Under the pieces are notes generated by a model. That model saw only the letters and a program-made list of their open reading frames with translations, did not search any database and had not been told where the DNA came from. DNA of 64,000 nucleotides from Eledone cirrhosa (lineage: Eukaryota): the NCBI GenBank assembly GCA_964016885.1, contig OZ024743.1:311922001-311986000 (forward strand). The letters are read 5' to 3'. The stretch's first letter is position 1; every line of letters begins with the position of its first letter. Below are positions 25,601-40,600 of this stretch, piece by piece. The position numbers and the translations under genes were made by a program.

Positions 25601-28600
25601 AGGAGCAGGAACTAGTAGAGGAGGGTGGTCAGTGCCAACATCTACATTGAAGGAGCAGGAACTAGTAGAGGAGGGTGGTCAGTGCCAACATCTACATTGA
25701 AGGAGCAGGAACTAGTAGAGGAGGGTGGTCAGTGCCAACATCTACATTGAAGGAGCAGGAACTAGTAGAGGAGGGTGGTCAGTGCCAACATCTACATTGA
25801 AGGAGCAGGAAGCTAGTAGAGGAGGGTGGTCAGTGCCAACATCTACATTGAAGGAGCAGGAACTAGTAGAGGAGGGTGGTCAGTGCCAACATCTACATTG
25901 AAGGAGCAGGAACTAGTAGAGGAGGGTGGTCAGTGCCAACATCTACATTGAAGGAGCAGGAACTAGTAGAGGAGGGTGGTCAGTGCCAACATCTACATTG
26001 AAGGAGCAGGAACTAGTAGAGGAGGGTGGTCAGTGCCAACATCTACATTGAAGGAGCAGGAACTAGTAGAGGAGGGTGGTCAGTGCCAACATCTACATTG
26101 AAGGAGCAGGAACTAGTAGAGGAGGGTGGTCAGTGCCAACATCTACATTGAAGGAGCAGGAACTAGTAGAGGAGGGTGGTCAGTGCCAACATCTACATTG
26201 AAGGAGCAGGAACTAGTAGAGGAGGGTGGTCAGTGCCAACATCTACATTGAAGGAGCAGGAACTAGTAGAGGAGGGTGGTCAGTGCCAACATCTACATTG
26301 AAGGAGCAGGAACTAGTAGAGGAGGGTGGTCAGTGCCAACATCTACATTGAAGGAGCAGGAACTAGTAGAGGAGGGTGGTCAGTGCCAACATCTACATTG
26401 AAGGAGCAGGAACTAGTAGAGGAGGGGTGGTCAGTGGCCAACATCTACATTGAAGGAGCAGGAACGTAGTAGAGGAGGGTGGTCAGTGCCAACATCTACA
26501 TTGAAGGAGCAGGAACTAGTAGAGGAGGGGTGGTCAGTGCCAACATCTACATTGAAGGAGCAGGAACTAGTAGAGGAGGGTGGTCAGTGCCNNNNNNNNN
26601 NNNNNNNNNNNNNNNNNNNNNNNNNNNNNNNNNNNNNNNNNNNNNNNNNNNNNNNNNNNNNNNNNNNNNNNNNNNNNNNNNNNNNNNNNNNNNNNNNNNN
26701 NNNNNNNNNNNNNNNNNNNNNNNNNNNNNNNNNNNNNNNNNNNNNNNNNNNNNNNNNNNNNNNNNNNNNNNNNNNNNNNNNNNNNNNNNNNATTGAAGGA
26801 GCAGGAACTAGTAGAGGAGGGTGGTCAGTGCCAACGTCTACATTGAAGGAGCAGGAGCCAGTAGAGGAGGGTGGTCAGTGCCAACATGTACATTGAAGGA
26901 GCAGGAACTAGTAGAGGAGGGTGGTCAGTGCCAACATGTACATTGAAGGAGCAGGAACTAGTAGAGGAGGGTGGTCAGTGCCAACATGTACATTGAAGGA
27001 GCAGGAACTAGTAGAGGAGGGTGGTCAGTGCCAACATGTACATTGAAGGAGCAGGAACTAGTAGAGGAGGGTGGTCAGTACCAACATGTACATTGAAGGA
27101 GCAGGAACTAGTAGAGGAGGGTGGTCAGTGCCAACATGTACATTGAAGGAGCAGGAACTAGTAGAGGAGGGTGGTCAGTACCAACATGTACATTGAAGGA
27201 GCAGGAACTAGTAGAGGAGGGTGGTCAGTACCAACATCTACATTGAAGGAGCAGGAGCTAGTAGAGGAGGGTGGTCAGTGCCAACATCTACATTGAAGGA
27301 GCACGAACTAGTAGAGGAGGGTGGTCAGTACCAACATGTACATTGAAGGAGCAGGAACTAGTAGAGGAGGGTGGTCAGTGCCAACATGTACATTGAAGGA
27401 GCAGGAACTAGTAGAGGAGGGTGGTCAGTGCCAACATGTACATTGAAGGAGCAGGAACTAGTAGAGGAGGATGGTCAGTGCCAACATGTACATTGAAGGA
27501 GCAGGAACTAGTAGAGGAGGGTGGTCAGTACGAACATGTACATTGAAGGAGCAGGAACTAGTAGAGGAGGGTGGTCAGTACCAACATCTACATTGAAGGA
27601 GCAGGAACTAGTAGAGGAGGGTGGTCAGTACCAACATCTACATTGAAGGAGCAGGAGCTAGTAGAGGAGGGTGGTCAGTGCCAACATCTACATTGAAGGA
27701 GCACGAACTAGTAGAGGAGGGTGGTCAGTACCAACATGTACATTGAAGGAGCAGGAACTAGTAGAGGAGGGTGGTCAGTGCCAACATCTACATTGAAGGA
27801 GCAGGAACTAGTAGAGGAGGGTGGTCAGTGCCAACATGTACATTGAAGGAGCAGGAACTAGTAGAGGAGGGTGGTCAGTGCCAACATCTACATTGAAGGA
27901 GCACGAACTAGTAGAGGAGGGTGGTCAGTACCAACATGTACATTGAAGGAGCAGGAACTAGTAGAGGAGGGTGGTCAGTGCCAACATCTACATTGAAGGA
28001 GCAGGAACTAGTAGAGGAGGGTGGTCAGTGCCAACATCTACATTGAAGGAGCAGGAACTAGTAGAGGAGGGTGGTCAGTGCCAACATGTACATTGAAGGA
28101 GCAGGAACTAGTAGAGGTGGGTGGTCAGTGCCAACATGTACATTGAAGGAGCAGGAACTAGTAGAGGAGGGTGGTCAGTACCAACATCTACATTGAAGGA
28201 GCAGGAGCTAGTAGAGGAGGGTGGTCAGTGCCAACATCTACATTGAAGGAGCAGGAGCTAGTAGAGGAGGGTGGTCAGTGCCAACATCTACATTGAAGGA
28301 GCAGGAACTAGTAGAGGAGGGTGGTCAGTACCAACATCTACATTGAAGGAGCAGGAACTAGTAGAGGAGGGTGGTCAGTGCCAACATCTACATTGAAGGA
28401 GCAGGAACTAGTAGAGGAGGGTGGTCAGTGCCAACATCTACATTGAAGGAGCAGGAGCTAGTAGAGGAGGGTGGTCAGTGCCAACATCTACATTGAAGGA
28501 GCAGAAGCCAGTAGAGGAGGGTGGTCAGTGCCAACATGTACATTGAAGGAGCAGGAACTAGTAGAGGAGGGTGGTCAGTACCAACATCTACATTGAAGGA

Positions 28601-31600
28601 GCAGGAACTAGTAGAGGAGGGTGGTCAGTGCCAACATCTACATTGAAGGAGCAGGAACTAGTAGAGGAGGGTGGTCAGTGCCAACATCTACATTGAAGGA
28701 GCAGGAACTAGTAGAGGAGGGTGGTCAGTGCCAACATCTACATTGAAGGAGCAGGAGCTAGTAGAGGAGGGTGGTCAGTGCCAACATCTACATTGAAGGA
28801 GCAGGAGCCAGTAGAGGAGGGTGGTCAGTGCCAACATGTACATTGAAGGAGCAGGAACTAGTAGAGGAGGGTGGTCAGTGCCAACATGTACATTGAAGGA
28901 GCAGGAACTAGTAGAGGAGGGTGGTCAGTGCCAACATGTACATTGAAGGAGCAGGAACTAGTAGAGGAGGGTGGTCAGTGCCAACATGTACATTGAAGGA
29001 GCAGGAACTAGTAGAGGAGGGTGGTCAGTGCCAACATGTACATTGAAGGAGCAGGAACTAGTAGAGGAGGGTGGTCAGTGCCAACATCTACATTGAAGGA
29101 GCAGGAACTAGTAGAGGAGGGTGGTCAGTGCCAACATGTACATTGAAGGAGCAGGAACTAGTAGAGGAGGGTGGTCAGTGCCAACATGTACATTGAAGGA
29201 GCAGGAACTAGTAGAGGAGGGTGGTCAGTGCCAACATGTACATTGAAGGAGCAGGAACTAGTAGAGGAGGGTGGTCAGTGCCAACATCTACATTGAAGGA
29301 GCAGGAACTAGTAGAGGAGGGTGGTCAGTGCCAACATGTACATTGAAGGAGCAGGAACTAGTAGAGGAGGGTGGTCAGTGCCAACATCTACATTGAAGGA
29401 GCAGGAGCCAGTAGAGGAGGGTGGTCAGTGCCAACATCTACATTGAAGGAGCAGGAACTAGTAGAGGAGGGTGGTCAGTGCCAACATGTACATTGAAGGA
29501 GCAGGAACTAGTAGAGGAGGGTGGTCAGTGCCAACATGTACATTGAAGGAGCAGGAACTAGTAGAGGAGGGTGGTCAGTGCCAACATGTACATTGAAGGA
29601 GCAGGAACTAGTAGAGGAGGGTGGTCAGTGCCAACATGTACATTGAAGGAGCAGGAACTAGTAGAGGAGGGTGGTCAGTGCCAACATGTACATTGAAGGA
29701 GCAGGAACTAGTAGAGGAGGGTGGTCAGTGCCAACATCTACATTGAAGGAGCAGGAACTAGTAGAGGAGGGTGGTCAGTGCCAACATCTACATTGAAGGA
29801 GCAGGAGCCAGTAGAGGAGGGTGGTCAGTACCAACATCTACATTGAAGGAGCAGGAACTAGTAGAGGAGGGTGGTCAGTACCAACATCTACATTGAAGGA
29901 GCAGGAGCCAGTAGAGGAGGGTGGTCAGTGCCAACATGTACATTGAAGGAGCAGGAACTAGTAGAGGAGGGTGGTCAGTGCCAACATGTACATTGAAGGA
30001 GCAGGAACTAGTAGAGGAGGGTGGTCAGTGCCAACATGTACATTGAAGGAGCAGGAACTAGTAGAGGAGGGTGGTCAGTGCCAACATGTACATTGAAGGA
30101 GCAGGAACTAGTAGAGGAGGGTGGTCAGTGCCAACATGTACATTGAAGGAGCAGGAACTAGTAGAGGAGGGTGGTCAGTGCCAACATGTACATTGAAGGA
30201 GCAGGAACTAGTAGAGGAGGGTGGTCAGTGCCAACATCTACATTGAAGGAGCAGGAACTAGTAGAGGAGGGTGGTCAGTGCCAACATGTACATTGAAGGA
30301 GCAGGAACTAGTAGAGGAGGGTGGTCAGTGCCAACATCTACATTGAAGGAGCAGGAACTAGTAGAGGAGGGTGGTCAGTGCCAACATCTACATTGAAGGA
30401 GCAGGAACTAGTAGAGGAGGGTGGTCAGTACCAACATGTACATTGAAGGAGCAGGAACTAGTAGAGGAGGGTGGTCAGTGCCAACATGTACATTGAAGGA
30501 GCAGGAACTAGTAGAGGAGGGTGGTCAGTGCCAACATGTACATTGAAGGAGCAGGAACTAGTAGAGGAGGGTGGTCAGTGCCAACATCTACATTGAAGGA
30601 GTAGGAACTAGTAGAGGAGGGTGGTCAGTGCCAACATCTACATTGAAGGAGCAGGAACTAGTAGAGGAGGGTGGTCAGTGCCAACATCTACATTGAAGGA
30701 GCAGGAACTAGTAGAGGAGGGTGGTCAGTGCCAACATGTACATTGAAGGAGCAGGAACTAGTAGAGGAGGGTGGTCAGTGCCAACATCTACATTGAAGGA
30801 GCAGGAACTAGTAGAGGAGGGTGGTCAGTGCCAACATCTACATTGAAGGAGCAGGAACTAGTAGAGGAGGGTGGTCAGTGCCAACATGTACATTGAAGGA
30901 GCAGGAGCCAGTAGAGGAGGGTGGTCAGTGCCAACATGTACATTGAAGGAGCAGGAACTAGTAGAGGAGGGTGGTCAGTGCCAACATGTACATTGAAGGA
31001 GCAGGAACTAGTAGAGGAGGGTGGTCAGTACCAACATCTACATTGAAGGAGCAGGAACTAGTAGAGGAGGGTGGTCAGTGCCAACATGTACATTGAAGGA
31101 GCAGGAACTAGTAGAGGAGGGTGGTCAGTGCCAACATGTACATTGAAGGAGCAGGAACTAGTAGAGGAGGGTGGTCAGTGCCAACATCTACATTGAAGGA
31201 GCAGGAGCTAGTAGAGGAGGGTGGTCAGTGCCAACATCTACATTGAAGGAGCAGGAGCCAGTAGAGGAGGGTGGTCAGTGCCAACATCTACATTGAAGGA
31301 GCAGGAACTAGTAGAGGAGGGTGGTCAGTGCCAACATCTACATTGAAGGAGCAGGAACTAGTAGAGGAGGGTGGTCAGTGCCAACATCTATATTGAAGGA
31401 GCAGGAACTAGTAGAGGAGGGTGGTCAGTGCCAACATGTACATTGAAGGAGCAGGAACTAGTAGAGGAGGGTGGTCAGTGCCAACATGTACATTGAAGGA
31501 GCAGGAACTAGTAGAGGAGGGTGGTCAGTACCAACATCTACATTGAAGGAGCAGGAACTAGTAGAGGAGGGTGGTCAGTGCCAACATCTACATTGAAGGA

Positions 31601-34600
31601 GCAGGAACTAGTAGAGGAGGGTGGTCAGTGCCAACATCTACATTGAAGGAGCAGGAACTAGTAGAGGAGGGTGGTCAGTGCCAACATCTACATTGAAGGA
31701 GCAGGAACTAGTAGAGGAGGGTGGTCAGTGCCAACATCTACATTGAAGGAGCAGGAGCCAGTAGAGGAGGGTGGTCAGTGCCAACATGTACATTGAAGGA
31801 GCAGGAACTAGTAGAGGAGGGTGGTCAGTGCCAACATGTACATTGAAGGAGCAGGAACTAGTAGAGGAGGGTGGTCAGTACCAACATCTACATTGAAGGA
31901 GCAGGAACTAGTAGAGGAGGGTGGTCAGTGCCAACATGTACATTGAAGGAGCAGGAACTAGTAGAGGAGGGTGGTCAGTGCCAACATGTACATTGAAGGA
32001 GCAGGAACTAGTAGAGGAGGGTGGTCAGTGCCAACATCTACATTGAAGGAGCAGGAGCTAGTAGAGGAGGGTGGTCAGTGCCAACATCTACATTGAAGGA
32101 GCAGGAGCCAGTAGAGGAGGGTGGTCAGTGCCAACATCTACATTGAAGGAGCAGGAACTAGTAGAGGAGGGTGGTCAGTGCCAACATGTACATTGAAGGA
32201 GCAGGAACTAGTAGAGGAGGGTGGTCAGTGCCAACATCTACATTGAAGGAGCAGGAACTAGTAGCGGAGGGTGGTCAGTGCCAACATGTACATTGAAGGA
32301 GCAGGAACTAGTAGAGGAGGGTGGTCAGTGCCAACATCTACATTGAAGGAGCAGGAACTAGTAGAGGAGGGTGGTCAGTGCCAACATGTACATTGAAGGA
32401 GCAGGAACTAGTAGAGGAGGGTGGTCAGTGCCAACATCTATATTGAAGGAGCAGGAACTAGTAGAGGAGGGTGGTCAGTGCCAACATGTACATTGAAGGA
32501 GCAGGAACTAGTAGAGGAGGGTTGTCAGTACCAACATCTACATTGAAGGAGCAGGAACTAGTAGAGGAGGGTGGTCAGTGCCAACATGTACATTGAAGGA
32601 GCAGGAACTAGTAGAGGAGGGTGGTCAGTACCAACATCTACATTGAAGGAGGAGGAACTAGTAGAGGAGGGTGGTCAGTGCCAACATCTACATTGAAGGA
32701 GCAGGAACTAGTAGAGGAGGGTGGTCAGTGCCAACATCTACATTGAAGGAGCAGGAACTAGTAGAGGAGGGTGGTCAGTGCCAACATCTACATTGAAGGA
32801 GCAGGAACTAGTAGAGGAGGGTGGTCAGTGCCAACATGTACATTGAAGGAGCAGGAACTAGTAGAGGAGGGTGGTCAGTGCCAACATCTACATTGAAGGA
32901 GCACGAACTAGTAGAGGAGGGTGGACAGTGCCAACATCTACATTGAAGGAGCAGGAACTAGTAGAGGAGGGTGGTCAGTGCCAACATGTACATTGAAGGA
33001 GCAGGAACTAGTAGAGGAGGGTGGTCAGTGCCAACATCTACATTGAAGGAGCACGAACTAGTAGAGGAGGGTGGACAGTGCCAACATCTACATTGAAGGA
33101 GCAGGAACTAGTAGAGGAGGGTGGTCAGTGCCAACATCTACATTGAAGGAGCAGGAACTAGTAGAGGAGGGTGGTCAGTGCCAACATCTACATTGAAGGA
33201 ACAGGAACTAGTAGAGAAGGGTGGTCAGTGCCAACATCTACATTGAAGGAGTAGGAACTAGTAGAGGAGGGTGGTCAGTGCCAACATGTACATTGAAGGA
33301 GCAGGAACTAGTAGAGGAGGGTGGTCAGTGCCAACATGTACATTGAAGGAGCAGGAACTAGTAGAGGAGGGTGGTCAGTGCCAACATCTACATTGAAGGA
33401 GTAGGAACTAGTAGAGGAGGGTGGTCAGTGCCAACATCTACATTGAAGGAGCAGGAACTAGTAGAGGAGGGTGGTCAGTGCCAACATCTACATTGAAGGA
33501 GTAGGAACTAGTAGAGGAGGGTGGTCAGTGCCAACATCTACATTGAAGGAGCAGGAACTAGTAGAGGAGGGTGGTCAGTGCCAACATCTACATTGAAGGA
33601 GCAGGAACTAGTAGAGGAGGGTGGTCAGTGCCAACATGTACATTGAAGGAGCAGGAACTAGTAGAGGAGGGTGGTCAGTGCCAACATGTACATTGAAGGA
33701 GCAGGAACTAGTAGAGGAGGGTGGTCAGTACCAACATCTACATTGAAGGAGCACGAACTAGTAGAGGAGGGTGGTCAGTGCCAACATCTACATTGAAGGA
33801 GCAGGAACTAGTAGAGGAGGGTGGTCAGTGCCAACATCTACATTGAAGGAGCAGGAACTAGTAGAGGAGGGTGGTCAGTGCCAACATCTACATTGAAGGA
33901 GCAGGAACTAGTAGAGGAGGGTGGTCAGTGCCAACATGTACATTGAAGGAGCAGGAACTAGTAGAGAAGGGTGGTCAGTGCCAACATCTACATTGAAGGA
34001 GCAGGAATTAGTAGAGGAGGGTGGTCAGTGCCAACATGTACATTGAAGGAGCAGGAACTAGTAGAGGAGGGTGGTCAGTGCCAACATGTACATTGAAGGA
34101 GCAGGAACTAGTAGAGGAGGGTGGTCAGTGCCAACATCTACATTGAAGGAGTAGGAACTAGTAGAGGAGGGTGGTCAGTGCCAACATCTACATTGAAGGA
34201 GCAGGAACTAGTAGAGGAGGGTGGTCAGTGCCAACATCTACATTGAAGGAGCAGGAACTAGTAGAGGAGGGTGGTCAGTGCCAACATCTACATTGAAGGA
34301 GCAGGAACTAGTAGAGGAGGGTGGTCAGTGCCAACATCTACATTGAAGGAGCAGGAACTAGTAGAGAAGGGTGGTCAGTGCCAACATCTACATTGAAGGA
34401 GCAGGAATTAGTAGAGGAGGGTGGTCAGTGCCAACATGTACATTGAAGGAGCAGGAACTAGTAGAGGAGGGTGGTCAGTGCCAACATGTACATTGAAGGA
34501 GCAGGAACTAGTAGAGGAGGGTGGTCAGTACCAACATGTACATTGAAGGAGCAGGAACTAGTAGAGGAGGGTGGTCAGTGCCAACATCTACATTGAAGGA

Positions 34601-37600
34601 GCAGGAACTAGTAGAGGAGGGTGGTCAGTGCCAACATCTACATTGAAGGAGCAGGAACTAGTAGAGGAGGGTGGTCAGTGCCAACATCTACATTGAAGGA
34701 GCAGGAACTAGTAGAGGAGGGTGGTCAGTGCCAACATCTACATTGAAGGAGTAGGAACTAGTAGAGGAGGGTGGTCAGTGCCAACATGTACATTGAAGGA
34801 GCAGGAACTAGTAGAGGAGGGTGGTCAGTGCCAACATCTACATTGAAGGAGTAGGAACTAGTAGAGGAGGGTGGTCAGTGCCAACATCTACATTGAAGGA
34901 GCAGGAACTAGTAGAGGAGGGTGGTCAGTGCCAACATGTACATTGAAGGAGCAGGAACTAGTAGAGGAGGGTGGTCAGTGCCAACATCTACATTGAAGGA
35001 GCAGGAACTAGTAGAGGAGGGTGGTCAGTGCCAACATCTACATTGAAGGAGCAGGAACTAGTAGAGGAGGGTGGTCAGTGCCAACATGTACATTGAAGGA
35101 GCAGGAACTAGTAGAGGAGGGTGGTCAGTGCCAACATGTACATTGAAGGAGCAGGAACTAGTAGAGGAGGGTGGTCAGTACCAACATGTACATTGAAGGA
35201 GCAGGAACTAGTAGAGGAGGGTGGTCAGTGCCAACATGTACATTGAAGGAGCAGGAACTAGTAGAGGAGGGTGGTCAGTACCAACATGTACATTGAAGGA
35301 GCAGGAACTAGTAGAGGAGGTTGGTCCATGCCAACATCTACATTGAAGGAGCAGGAACTAGTAGAGGAGGGTGGTCAGTGCCAACATCTACATTGAAGGA
35401 GCAGGAACTAGTAGAGGAGGGTGGTCAGTGCCAACATGTACATTGAAGGAGCAGGAACTAGTAGAGGAGGGTGGTCCATGCCAACATCTACATTGAAGGA
35501 GCAGGAACTAGTAGAGGAGGGTGGTCAGTGCCAACATCTACATTGAAGGAGCAGGAACTAGTAGAGGAGGGTGGTCAGTGCCAACATCTACATTGAAGGA
35601 GCAGGAACTAGTAGAGGAGGGTGGTCAGTGCCAACATCTACATTGAAGGAGCAGGAACTAGTAGAGGAGGGTGGTCAGTGCCAACATCTACATTGAAGGA
35701 GCAGGAACTACTAGAGGAGGGTGGTCAGTACCAACATCTACATTGAAGGAGCAGGAACTAGTAGAGGAGGGTGGTCAGTGCCAACATGTACATTGAAGGA
35801 GCAGGAACTAGTAGAGGAGGGTGGTCAGTGCCAACATGTACATTGAAGGAGCAGGAACTAGTAGAGGAGGGTGGTCAGTGCCAACATGTACATTGAAGGA
35901 GCAGGAACTAGTAGAGGAGGGTGGTCAGTGCCAACATCTACATTGAAGGAGCAGGAACTAGTAGAGGAGGGTGGTCAGTGCCAACATCTACATTGAAGGA
36001 GCAGGAACTAGTAGAGGAGGGTGGTCAGTGCCAACATCTACATTGAAGGAGCAGGAACTAGTAGAGGAGGGTGGTCAGTGCCAACATGTACATTGAAGGA
36101 GCAGGAACTAGTAGAGGAGGGTGGTCAGTGCCAACATCTACATTGAAGGAGCACGAACTAGTAGAGGAGGGTGGTCAGTGCCAACATCTACATTGAAGGA
36201 GCAGGAACTAGTAGAGGAGGGTGGTCAGTGCCAACATGTACATTGAAGGAGCAGGAACTAGTAGAGGAGGGTGGTCAGTGCCAACATGTACATTGAAGGA
36301 GCAGGAACTAGTAGAGGAGGGTGGTCAGTACCATCTACATTGAAGGAGCAGGAACTAGTAGAGGAGGGTGGTCCATGCCAACATCTACATTGAAGGAGCA
36401 GGAACTAGTAGAGGAGGGTGGTCAGTGCTAACATCTACATTGAAGGAGCAGGAACTAGTAGAGGAGGGTGGTCAGTGCCAACATCTACATTGAAGGAGCA
36501 GGAACTAGTAGAGGAGGGTGGTCAGTGCCAACATCTACATTGAAGGAGCAGGAACTAGTAGAGGAGGGTGGTCAGTGCCAACATCTACATTGAAGGAGCA
36601 GGAACTAGTAGAGGAGGGTGGTCAGTGCCAACATCTACATTGAAGGAGCAGGAACTAGTAGAGGAGGGTGGTCAGTGCCAACATCTACATTGAAGGAGCA
36701 GGAACTAGTAGAGGAGGGTGGTCAGTGCCAACATCTACATTGAAGGAGCAGGAACTAGTAGAGGAGGGTGGTCAGTGCCAACATCTACATTGAAGGAGCA
36801 GGAACTAGTAGAGGAGGGTGGTCAGTACCATCTACATTGAAGGAGCAGGAACTAGTAGAGGAGGGTGGTCAGTACCAACATCTACATTGAAAGAGCAGGA
36901 ACTAGTAGAGGAGGGTGGTCAGTGCCAACATCTACATTGAAGGAGCAGGAACTAGTAGAGGAGGGTGGTCAGTGCCAACATGTACATTGAAGGAGCAGGA
37001 ACTAGTAGAGGAGGGTGGTCAGTGCCAACATCTACATTGAAGGAGCAGGAACTAGTAGAGGAGGGTGGTCAGTGCCAACATCTACATTGAAGGAGCAGGA
37101 ACTAGTAGAGGAGGGTGGTCAGTACCATCTACATTGAAGGAGCAGGAACTAGTAGAGGAGGGTGGTCAGTACCAACATCTACATTGAAAGAGCAGGAACT
37201 AGTAGAGGAGGGTGGTCAGTGCCAACATCTACATTGAAGGAGCAGGAACTAGTAGAGGAGGGTGGTCAGTGCCAACATCTACATTGAAGGAGCAGGAACT
37301 AGTAGAGGAGGGTGGTCAGTGCCAACATCTACATTGAAAGAGCAGGAACTAGTAGAGGAGGGTGGTCAGTGCCAACATGTACATTGAAGGAGCAGGAACT
37401 AGTAGAGGAGGGTGGTCAGTGCCAACATGTACATTGAAGGAGCAGGAACTAGTAGAGGAGGGTGGTCAGTACCAACATCTACATTGAAAGAGCAGGAACT
37501 AGTAGAGGAGGGTGGTCAGTGCCAACATCTACATTGAAGGAGCAGGAACTAGTAGAGGAGGGTGGTCCATGCCAACATCTACATTGAAGGAGCAGGAACT

Positions 37601-40600
37601 AGTAGAGGAGGGTGGTCAGTACCAACATCTACATTGAAAGAGCAGGAACTAGTAGAGGAGGGTGGTCAGTGCCAACATCTACATTGAAGGAGCAGGAACT
37701 AGTAGAGGAGGGTGGTCAGTACCATCTACATTGAAGGAGCAGGAACTAGTAGAGGAGGGTGGTCAGTACCAACATCTACATTGAAAGAGCAGGAACTAGT
37801 AGAGGAGGGTGGTCAGTGCCAACATGTACATTGAAGGAGCAGGAACTAGTAGAGGAGGGTGGTCAGTGCCAACATCTACATTGAAGGAGCAGGAACTAGT
37901 AGAGGAGGGTGGTCAGTGCCAACATCTACATTGAAGGAGCAGGAACTAGTAGAGGAGGGTGGTCAGTACCATCTACATTGAAGGAGCAGGAACTAGTAGA
38001 GGAGGGTGGTCAGTACCAACATCTACATTGAAAGAGCAGGAACTAGTAGAGGAGGGTGGTCAGTGCCAACATCTACATTGAAGGAGCAGGAACTAGTAGA
38101 GGAGGGTGGTCCATGCCAACATCTACATTGAAGGAGCAGGAACTAGTAGAGGAGGGTGGTCAGTACCAACATCTACATTGAAGGAGCAGGAACTAGTAGA
38201 GGAGGGTGGTCAGTGCCAACATCTACATTGAAGGAGCAGGAACTAGTAGAGGAGGGTGGTCAGTGCCAACATCTACATTGAAGGAGCAGGAACTAGTAGA
38301 GGAGGGTGGTCAGTGCCAACATCTACATTGAAGGAGCAGGAACTAGTAGAGGAGGGTGGTCAGTGCCAACATCTACATTGAAGGAGCAGGAACTAGTAGA
38401 GGAGGGTGGTCAGTACCATCTACATTGAAGGAGCAGGAACTAGTAGAGGAGGGTGGTCAGTACCAACATCTACATTGAAAGAGCAGGAACTAGTAGAGGA
38501 GGGTGGTCAGTGCCAACATCTACATTGAAGGAGCAGGAACTAGTAGAGGAGGGTGGTCAGTGCCAACATCTACATTGAAGGAGCAGGAACTAGTAGAGGA
38601 GGGTGGTCAGTGCCAACATCTACATTGAAGGAGCAGGAACTAGTAGAGGAGGGTGGTCCATGCCAACATCTACATTGAAGGAGCAGGAACTAGTAGAGGA
38701 GGGTGGTCAGTACCAACATCTACATTGAAAGAGCAGGAACTAGTAGAGGAGGGTGGTCAGTGCCAACATCTACATTGAAGGAGCAGGAACTAGTAGAGGA
38801 GGGTGGTCAGTGCCAACATCTACATTGAAGGAGCAGGAACTAGTAGAGGAGGGTGGTCAGTGCCAACATCTACATTGAAGGAGCAGGAACTAGTAGAGGA
38901 GGGTGGTCAGTGCCAACATCTACATTGAAGGAGCAGGAACTAGTAGAGGAGGGTGGTCAGTACCATCTACATTGAAGGAGCAGGAACTAGTAGAGGAGGG
39001 TGGTCAGTACCAACATCTACATTGAAAGAGCAGGAACTAGTAGAGGAGGGTGGTCAGTGCCAACATCTACATTGAAGGAGCAGGAACTAGTAGAGGAGGG
39101 TGGTCAGTGCCAACATCTACATTGAAGGAGCAGGAACTAGTAGAGGAGGGTGGTCAGTGCCAACATCTACATTGAAGGAGCAGGAACTAGTAGAGGAGGG
39201 TGGTCAGTGCCAACATCTACATTGAAGGAGCAGGAACTAGTAGAGGAGGGTGGTCAGTACCAACATCTACATTGAAGGAGCAGGAACTAGTAGAGGAGGG
39301 TGGTCAGTACCAACATCTACATTGAAGGAGCAGGAACTAGTAGAGGAGGGTGGTCAGTACCAACATCTACATTGAAGGAGCAGGAACTAGTAGAGGAGGG
39401 TGGTCAGTGCCAACATGTACATTGAAGGAGCAGGAACTAGTAGAGGAGGGTGGTCAGTACCAACATGTACATTGAAGGAGCAGGAACTAGTAGAGGAGGG
39501 TGGTCAGTGCCAACATCTACATTGAAGGAGCAGGAACTAGTAGAGGAGGGTGGTCAGTGCCAACATGTACATTGAAGGAGCAGGAACTAGCAGAGGAAGG
39601 TGGTCAGTGCCAACATCTACATTGAAGGAGCAGGAACTAGTAGAGGAGGGTGGTCAGTGCCAACATGTACATTGAAGGAGCAGGAACTAGTAGAGTAGGG
39701 TGGTCAGTACCAACATGTACATTGAAGGAGCAGGAACTAGTAGAGGAGGGTGGTCAGTGCCAACATCTACATTGAAGGAGCAGGAACTAGTAGAGGAGGG
39801 TGGTCAGTGCCAACATGTACATTGAAGGAGCAGGAACTAGCAGAGGAAGGTGGTCAGTGCCAACATCTACATTGAAGGAGCAGGAACTAGTAGAGGAGGG
39901 TGGTCAGTGCCAACATCTACATTGAAGGAGCAGGAACTAGTAGAGGAGGGTGGTCAGTGCCAACATGTACATTGAAGGAGCAGGAACTAGTAGAGGAGGG
40001 TGGTCAGTGCCAACATGTACATTGAAGGAGCAGGAACTAGTAGAGGAGGGTGGTCAGTACCAACATCTACATTGAAGGAGCAGGAACTAGTAGAGGAGGG
40101 TGGTCAGTGCCAACATGTACATTGAAGGAGCAGGAACTAGTAGAGGAGGGTGGTCAGTGCCAACATCTACATTGAAGGAGCAGGAACTAGTAGAGGAGGG
40201 TGGTCAGTGCCAACATGTACATTGAAGGAGCAGGAACTAGTAGAGGAGGGTGGTCAGTGCCAACATCTACATTGAAGGAGCAGGAACTAGTAGAGGAGGG
40301 TGGTCAGTACCAACATCTACATTGAAGGAGCAGGAACTAGTAGAGGAGGGTGGTCCATGCCAACATGTACATTGAAAGAGCAGGAACTAGTAGAGGAGGG
40401 AGGTCAGTGCCAACATGTACATTGAAGGAGCAGGAACTAGTAGAGGAGGGTGGTCAGTACCAACATCTACATTGAAGGAGCAGGAACTAGTAGAGGAGGG
40501 TGGTCAGTGCCAACATCTACATTGAAGGAGCAGGAACTAGTAGAGGAGGGTGGTCAGTGCCAACATCTACATTGAAGGAGCAGGAACTAGTAGAGGAGGG

